64,000 nucleotides of DNA from an uncultured delta proteobacterium (GTDB taxonomy: Bacteria; Desulfobacterota; Binatia; UBA9968). Of this stretch, positions 59,048 through 64,000 are shown piece after piece. The translations under genes were made by a program, and so were the position numbers. Under the pieces are notes generated by a model. That model saw only the letters and a program-made list of their open reading frames with translations. It did no database searches and was not told where the DNA came from. How positions within the stretch are numbered: the stretch's first letter is position 1; every line of letters starts with the position of its first letter. The DNA lies in NCBI GenBank assembly GCA_963804165.1, contig CAWDPO010000003.1:128001-192000 (forward strand), in the 5' to 3' direction.

Positions 59048-59814
59048 GCGGCCCGCTCCAATCGATTCATTCTCCAACGCGCGACATAGGCGGCGGCGAT
59101 GCTGACGCCGTAAAGCAGCATCAGCGGCGCCATCAAGAGCACTTGCGAGATCAAGTCCGGCGGCGTCAACACAGCGGACATTAGAGCCATCGCGATAACC
59201 GCATAGCGGCTGTGGCGAATCAAAAACCGGTGGTCGATCAGCCCGACGCGCGCGAGAAAAAACGCCAGTACCGGCAGCTCGAACATCACGCCGGATACGA
59301 GCACGAGGCGCGAGACCAAGGAGAGATAATCGCCGATCTGCAGCAGGGGTTGAACATCGATGACTTCATAGCGCTGCAGCAGGAAGCTCAACCCTTGGTG
59401 AATGACGATTTCATAACAGAACGCCGCGCCGCCGATGAAGAAAAACGACCCAAAAAAAACGAAGCTCCGGGTGTAGCGTTTTTCGTGTTCGTAGAGGCCC
59501 GGCGCGACGAACTGCCACACCTGCCAGAGCCATACCGGCGACGTGATGATGATCGCCGCGACGAAGGCGACTTTCATTTTGGTAAAAAACGCTTCGGTTA
59601 CCGTCGTCCCGATCAACGCCAGGCCGCGAATTTGCAGGCGCCGCACGGGAGCCGCGAGGATGGCAACTAGGTCATCGACGATTGCGTAACAAGCGGAAAA
59701 ACCAACGGCAATGGCCAATACGCTCTTGACCAGGCGCGAGCGCAGCTCTGCCAGATGAGAGGTAAAGGGCATCTGGACATCGGAGGACTGCCCGCTACCT
59801 TCACTCGTGCTCAC
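59041..59814 (-). CDS. tatC: Twin-arginine translocase subunit TatC
   Basis: [38 protein letters not shown]. Confidence 0.95.
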   Translation of the reverse strand: MSTSEGSGQSSDVQMPFTSHLAELRSRLVKSVLAIAVGFSACYAIVDDLVAILAAPVRRLQIRGLALIGTTVTEAFFTKMKVAFVAAIIITSPVWLWQVWQFVAPGLYEHEKRYTRSFVFFGSFFFIGGAAFCYEIVIHQGLSFLLQRYEVIDVQPLLQIGDYLSLVSRLVLVSGVMFELPVLAFFLARVGLIDHRFLIRHSRYAVIAMALMSAVLTPPDLISQVLLMAPLMLLYGVSIAAAYVARWRMNRLERAAE

Positions 59815-60086
59815 GTTTTTTCTGGAGTGGATTCGGGATTAGCGGCGATCGAATCAGGCGGCTTTTCCGGTACGGGATCGTCGTCTTTGGCGGTGGCGCT
59901 AGCGGATGCGTCTTCGACTTCGCGTTCCATCTGGCGGAACTCGTCTTTCAATTCATCGGTAGCGCGGCGAAACTCGGCTATTCCCTTGCCCAGTGCGCGT
60001 GCCAATTCCGGCAGTTTTTTGGGGCCGAGGACGATCAACGCCAAGCCGAGAATCAAAAGCAATTCTGGCATGCCGATACCGAACAT
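59811..60086 (-). CDS. TatA/TatB family subunit
   Basis: [35 protein letters not shown]; directly upstream of tatC. Confidence 0.9.
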   Translation of the reverse strand: MFGIGMPELLLILGLALIVLGPKKLPELARALGKGIAEFRRATDELKDEFRQMEREVEDASASATAKDDDPVPEKPPDSIAANPESTPEKT

Positions 60087-60171
60087 GGTTGTAAACTATG
60101 CGATTTCGTCGACGTTGGCAAGAATAGTCCGCTGCTTTGCAGGACGATAACTTAGATGTTAGGTTATTTAG

Positions 60172-61200
60172 ATGGCAAAAACCGCGGTGGTCATCGATCA
60201 AGAATACTTGAAGCACCTGCCGGGCGATTCTCATCCGGAGCGACCCGAGCGGATTCAAGTTCTGCTCGACTTGGCTAACGACCTTGATAAACGGAAATTC
60301 CAGCTCACGCCTCCCAAGGCGGCGACCCGCACCGACATCGAAAAAACTCACGGGGCAGATCATGTACGCCTCGTCGAGTCGACTTCGGCCGTCAATCGAT
60401 ATGCCTTGGATGGCGACACGATCACGTGTCGCGATTCTTTCGGCGTCAGTTTATTAGCGGCGGGCGGCTTTTTAACCTTATTGGATGGGATCGCGGCGAA
60501 GGAAAGCCCGAACGGCTTCGCGTTGGTTCGACCTCCCGGCCATCATGCCTTGCGCAACCGGGCGATGGGGTTTTGCTTATTTAACAGCATGGCGATCGGC
60601 GCTGAATATCTCAAGCGCGCCTTCGGCGCGAAGAAAATTTTGATCATGGATTGGGACGTGCATCACGGTAACGGTACCCAAGATGCGTTCTATGACGATC
60701 CCACCGTAATGTTTATTTCGACGCATCAGTTTCCCTTCTATCCGGGAAGCGGCGCCGTGAATGAGGTGGGCGCCGCAGCCGGTGCGGGCTTCACGATCAA
60801 CGTGCCGCTGCCGGCGGGCTGCGCCGACGCGGAGTATTTGCAAGTCTTCCAGGATATCGTTGTTCCCGCCGCGACAAAATTTCAACCCGAATGGATTTTG
60901 GTTTCCGCGGGTTTCGATCCACACCGCCGTGACCCGCTGGGCGGCATGGGCGTCACGGAGCAGGGGTTCGGCGCGATGGCTCGATCGCTACTCGCACTTG
61001 CCAATCAGTTTGCCGATGGCCGGATCGCCTTCCTGCTCGAAGGCGGTTATGACCTTGCGGGTTTGCGCGACTCCGTGGCGGCGGTGTTAACGGAGATGCA
61101 AGATTCAGAACCGCGTCCGGTCAGTCATTTGCCGTTGGCTGAAAGCAAAATCGCGCCGCTGATTGGCCGCGTACGGCAAGTACAGGAAAACTATCGATAA
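60172..61200 (+). CDS. Histone deacetylase family amidohydrolase
   Basis: HPERPER, RPPGHHA, GFCLFN, DWDVHHGNGTQ, SAGFD, LEGGY. Confidence 0.93.
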   Translation: MAKTAVVIDQEYLKHLPGDSHPERPERIQVLLDLANDLDKRKFQLTPPKAATRTDIEKTHGADHVRLVESTSAVNRYALDGDTITCRDSFGVSLLAAGGFLTLLDGIAAKESPNGFALVRPPGHHALRNRAMGFCLFNSMAIGAEYLKRAFGAKKILIMDWDVHHGNGTQDAFYDDPTVMFISTHQFPFYPGSGAVNEVGAAAGAGFTINVPLPAGCADAEYLQVFQDIVVPAATKFQPEWILVSAGFDPHRRDPLGGMGVTEQGFGAMARSLLALANQFADGRIAFLLEGGYDLAGLRDSVAAVLTEMQDSEPRPVSHLPLAESKIAPLIGRVRQVQENYR

Positions 61201-61276
61201 AGTAAATTCCTATTGACCCTCTTAGCCGACTCATCTATTTTACAGTTTCAAATTTATTACAGATTGGTTACGAAAC

Positions 61277-62527
61277 GTGAATACCACTGAACAACGCAGG
61301 GTTGTCGTGACCGGCCTCGGCGTCGTTTCTCCCTTGGGCACCGGCGTCGAAAAAAATTGGCACGCCTTGATGGAAGGTCGATCGGGCATCCGGCGGATCA
61401 CGCGTTTTGACACCGACGGATTCGCATCGCGCATCGCCGGTGAAGTGCCGGATTTTAAGGTCGAGGACTTTATCGAGCCAAGAGAGATCAAGAAGATGGA
61501 TTTTTTTATCCATTATGCCCTGGGCGCGGCAGCGATGGCGATGGCAGACAGCGGTCTCAAGATCGAGGGTGAGTTCGCCGAATCAGTGGGTGTCATCATC
61601 GGCGTCGGTTTATGCGGTCTCGATACAATTGAAACGACCAAAGAGGCGCTATTGAGCGGCGGCCCGCGGAAAATATCGCCATTTTTTATTCCGAAAGTGA
61701 TTTCGAATCTAGCCCCAGGACATGTTGCGATTCGCTTCGGCGCTAAAGGAGTCAATTGGACGCCGACATCGGCTTGCGCCTCGGGGACCCACGCCATCGG
61801 TGAAGCCTTTCACTTGATCCAGCGCGGGGTGCAGGATGCCGTCATTGCCGGCGGCGCGGAATCCACGATCACGCCCTTGGCCGTGGGCGGCTTTGCCGCG
61901 ATGAAAGCGCTCTCCACACGCAACGATGAGCCGGAAAGAGCAAGCCGGCCATTCGATAAGGAGCGCGACGGATTCGTGGTTGGCGAAGGTTCCGGGATCA
62001 TCATCCTGGAAGAACGCGAACACGCGATCCGGCGCGGCGCGAAGATTTACGCCGAGGTCATCGGTTACGCCGCTACCGGCGACGCGTATCATATGACCGC
62101 GCCCGCGCCCGAGGGCGAGGGCGCGGCGCGCTGCATGCGCCTGGCGCTCAAGGACGCCGGACTCGCGCCAACGGAGGTGGATTACATCAATGCCCACGGA
62201 ACCTCGACGGAGTACAACGACGCCGCCGAAACGACGGCAATCAAAAGCGTCTTCGGCGAACAAGCGGCGAAACTCGCAGTGAGCTCGACAAAGTCGATGA
62301 CGGGCCACTTGCTCGGCGCCGCAGGCGCAGTCGAAGGTGTGTATTCGGTTCTCACGCTTCATAACGGCATGCTGCCACCGACGATCAATTACGAAAATCC
62401 GGACCCCGCGTGCGATCTTGACTATGTGCCTAACAAAGCGCGCAAGGCGGAGGTCCGAGTGGCCTTATCGAACTCTTTTGGATTTGGCGGTACCAACGCC
62501 TGCGTTATTTTTCGGAGAGCGGAATGA
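61277..62527 (+). CDS. fabF: 3-oxoacyl-ACP synthase II
   Basis: [37 protein letters not shown]. Confidence 0.95.
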   Translation: MNTTEQRRVVVTGLGVVSPLGTGVEKNWHALMEGRSGIRRITRFDTDGFASRIAGEVPDFKVEDFIEPREIKKMDFFIHYALGAAAMAMADSGLKIEGEFAESVGVIIGVGLCGLDTIETTKEALLSGGPRKISPFFIPKVISNLAPGHVAIRFGAKGVNWTPTSACASGTHAIGEAFHLIQRGVQDAVIAGGAESTITPLAVGGFAAMKALSTRNDEPERASRPFDKERDGFVVGEGSGIIILEEREHAIRRGAKIYAEVIGYAATGDAYHMTAPAPEGEGAARCMRLALKDAGLAPTEVDYINAHGTSTEYNDAAETTAIKSVFGEQAAKLAVSSTKSMTGHLLGAAGAVEGVYSVLTLHNGMLPPTINYENPDPACDLDYVPNKARKAEVRVALSNSFGFGGTNACVIFRRAE

Positions 62528-63516
62528 GCGCGGGGCAACGACGCAGCATCATTCTAGGGACCGGTTCCGAGCTGCCGGCCAAAATTGTCAGCAACCATGA
62601 CCTGGAGAAAATGGTTGAGACCAGCGACGAATGGATCACAGTTCGAACGGGCATCAAAGAGCGCAGAGTGCTCGAGGAGGGAAAAGGAAATGCCGACATG
62701 GCCCTGCGCGCGGCGCAGCGGGCGCTCGCCGATGCCGGCATGGCGGCGAGCGCGCTCGATGCCATCATCATGGGCACGGTGACGCCCGACTACCTATTTC
62801 CCAGCTCCGCCTGCGTCCTCGAAGATCTGCTCGGAGCGCGCAACGTTTTTTCTTTCGACGTCGGCGCGGCGTGTTCCGGCTTTCTCAATGCGCTGGCGGT
62901 CGCGGATTCATTCATCCGCACCGGCCAGATTAACAACGCGCTGGTCGTCGGCTCCGATGCCCTCAGCCGCCTGCTGAACTGGCAAGACCGGGGCACCTGT
63001 ATTCTATTCGGCGACGGCGCCGGCGCGGTGGTGCTCGGCGCCTCGGAGAACGGATCCGGCATTTTGAGCACCAAACTTCGCACCGACGGCTCCTACGTCA
63101 AGCAGCTTTATGTTCCGGCGGGCGGCTCGCTTAAACCGGCGACGCCCGCCACCGTACAGCGGAACGAACACACGATTACGATGAACGGCAAAGAGGTGTT
63201 TAAAATTGCCGTGCGTTCGATGGAGGAAATCAGCCGTCAGGCCTTGACTGAAGCCGGTGTCGCCGTCGAGCAGGTTTCACTCGTGATCCCGCATCAAGCC
63301 AATCGCAGAATTATCGTCGCGCTTGCCGAACGACTCGGTGTGCCGATGGAAAGAGTCATGGTGAATCTCGAAAAATACGGTAATACCTCCGCGGCGTCGA
63401 TTCCCGTTGCCTTGGACGAAGCTAAACGTCAAGGCCGGATCAAACCGGGAGACATAGTATTGCTCAACGCCTTCGGCGCCGGATTTGCCTGGGGGGCTGC
63501 GGTTGTCAAATTCTAG
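62524..63516 (+). CDS. fabH: 3-oxoacyl-ACP synthase III
   Basis: [29 protein letters not shown]. Confidence 0.95.
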   Translation: MSAGQRRSIILGTGSELPAKIVSNHDLEKMVETSDEWITVRTGIKERRVLEEGKGNADMALRAAQRALADAGMAASALDAIIMGTVTPDYLFPSSACVLEDLLGARNVFSFDVGAACSGFLNALAVADSFIRTGQINNALVVGSDALSRLLNWQDRGTCILFGDGAGAVVLGASENGSGILSTKLRTDGSYVKQLYVPAGGSLKPATPATVQRNEHTITMNGKEVFKIAVRSMEEISRQALTEAGVAVEQVSLVIPHQANRRIIVALAERLGVPMERVMVNLEKYGNTSAASIPVALDEAKRQGRIKPGDIVLLNAFGAGFAWGAAVVKF

Positions 63517-63524
63517 CCAGCGCG

Positions 63525-64000
63525 TTACGCCGGTCCCTTGCCGGTCTCGCCGCGCGTGATTTTTTGCGTGGCCGCTTCACTTAGCGCTTTTAGCCGCGCG
63601 CTGAACTCAAGCGGATACGCATTTGGGTTTCGAATTGATTTCACGCGATCGGGAAGCGCCGCGAAATCCGCCGCAAAGACGCTTCGGATCTCTGCCAGGG
63701 ACGGATAGGTCGCCGTCATTACGCCGTCGCGCATGAATTCTTTCAGCAACGGCTCTCCCGGCAATTGATCATCGCGCAAGCCGATGACGTCGCGCGCTGG
63801 TCGGCCACCGTCATCGCTCATTCGAAACACTTGTTTCTTCCCCGGCCACGATACTTTACCGTGGCTGAGCTTCAGTACCGGACGGCCATCGTACTCGACG
63901 AGTTTGTAGGCAATATCGGACCACGGCGCGTCGGCAGACACGCCCATCTTGGTTCCCACGCCATAACTGTCGTACGGAATGTTGTGCTTGGAAAAATGAT
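63525..64000 (-). CDS. pncB: Nicotinate phosphoribosyltransferase, C-terminal part (start outside the window)
   Basis: DSYGVGTKMGVSADAP..DIAYKLVEY.GRPVLKLS.GK.SWPGKKQVFR. Confidence 0.8.
   Translation of the reverse strand, partial: HFSKHNIPYDSYGVGTKMGVSADAPWSDIAYKLVEYDGRPVLKLSHGKVSWPGKKQVFRMSDDGGRPARDVIGLRDDQLPGEPLLKEFMRDGVMTATYPSLAEIRSVFAADFAALPDRVKSIRNPNAYPLEFSARLKALSEAATQKITRGETGKGPA

Overview
A gene-dense, GC-rich bacterial chromosome segment. Its many NMT1/SsuA-type binding proteins, ornithine-cyclodeaminase paralogs, orphan UbiD and molybdoenzyme subunits, and intergenic micro-repeat hairpins suggest a Binatia/deltaproteobacteria-like organism (inference). Housekeeping genes include tldD-pmbA, bioB, pgeF, mltA, a three-subunit acyl-CoA carboxylase, a pyruvoyl arginine decarboxylase, tat genes, fabF, fabH and a partial pncB. 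No rRNA, tRNA, CRISPR array or transposase was seen. Main observations: (1) an unannotated ~150-nt transcription unit at 52.2-52.4 kb with a near-consensus promoter, a 16-nt complement to the 16S rRNA 3' tail, a 13-codon CxxC ORF containing a second SD, a long hairpin and a cUUCGg hairpin; (2) an 11-kb haem-oxidative cluster of three RoxA-like di-haem proteins, a GMC oxidoreductase and an alpha-dioxygenase-like peroxidase; (3) an operon linking Aas, an HO-like diiron/enolase fusion, a GH3 amido-synthetase and bioB; (4) a family of 7/8/9-mer tandem-repeat inverted elements at gene ends. Six frameshifts between 43.9 and 47.4 kb are probably sequencing errors. All product calls come from motif recognition; no database search was run.
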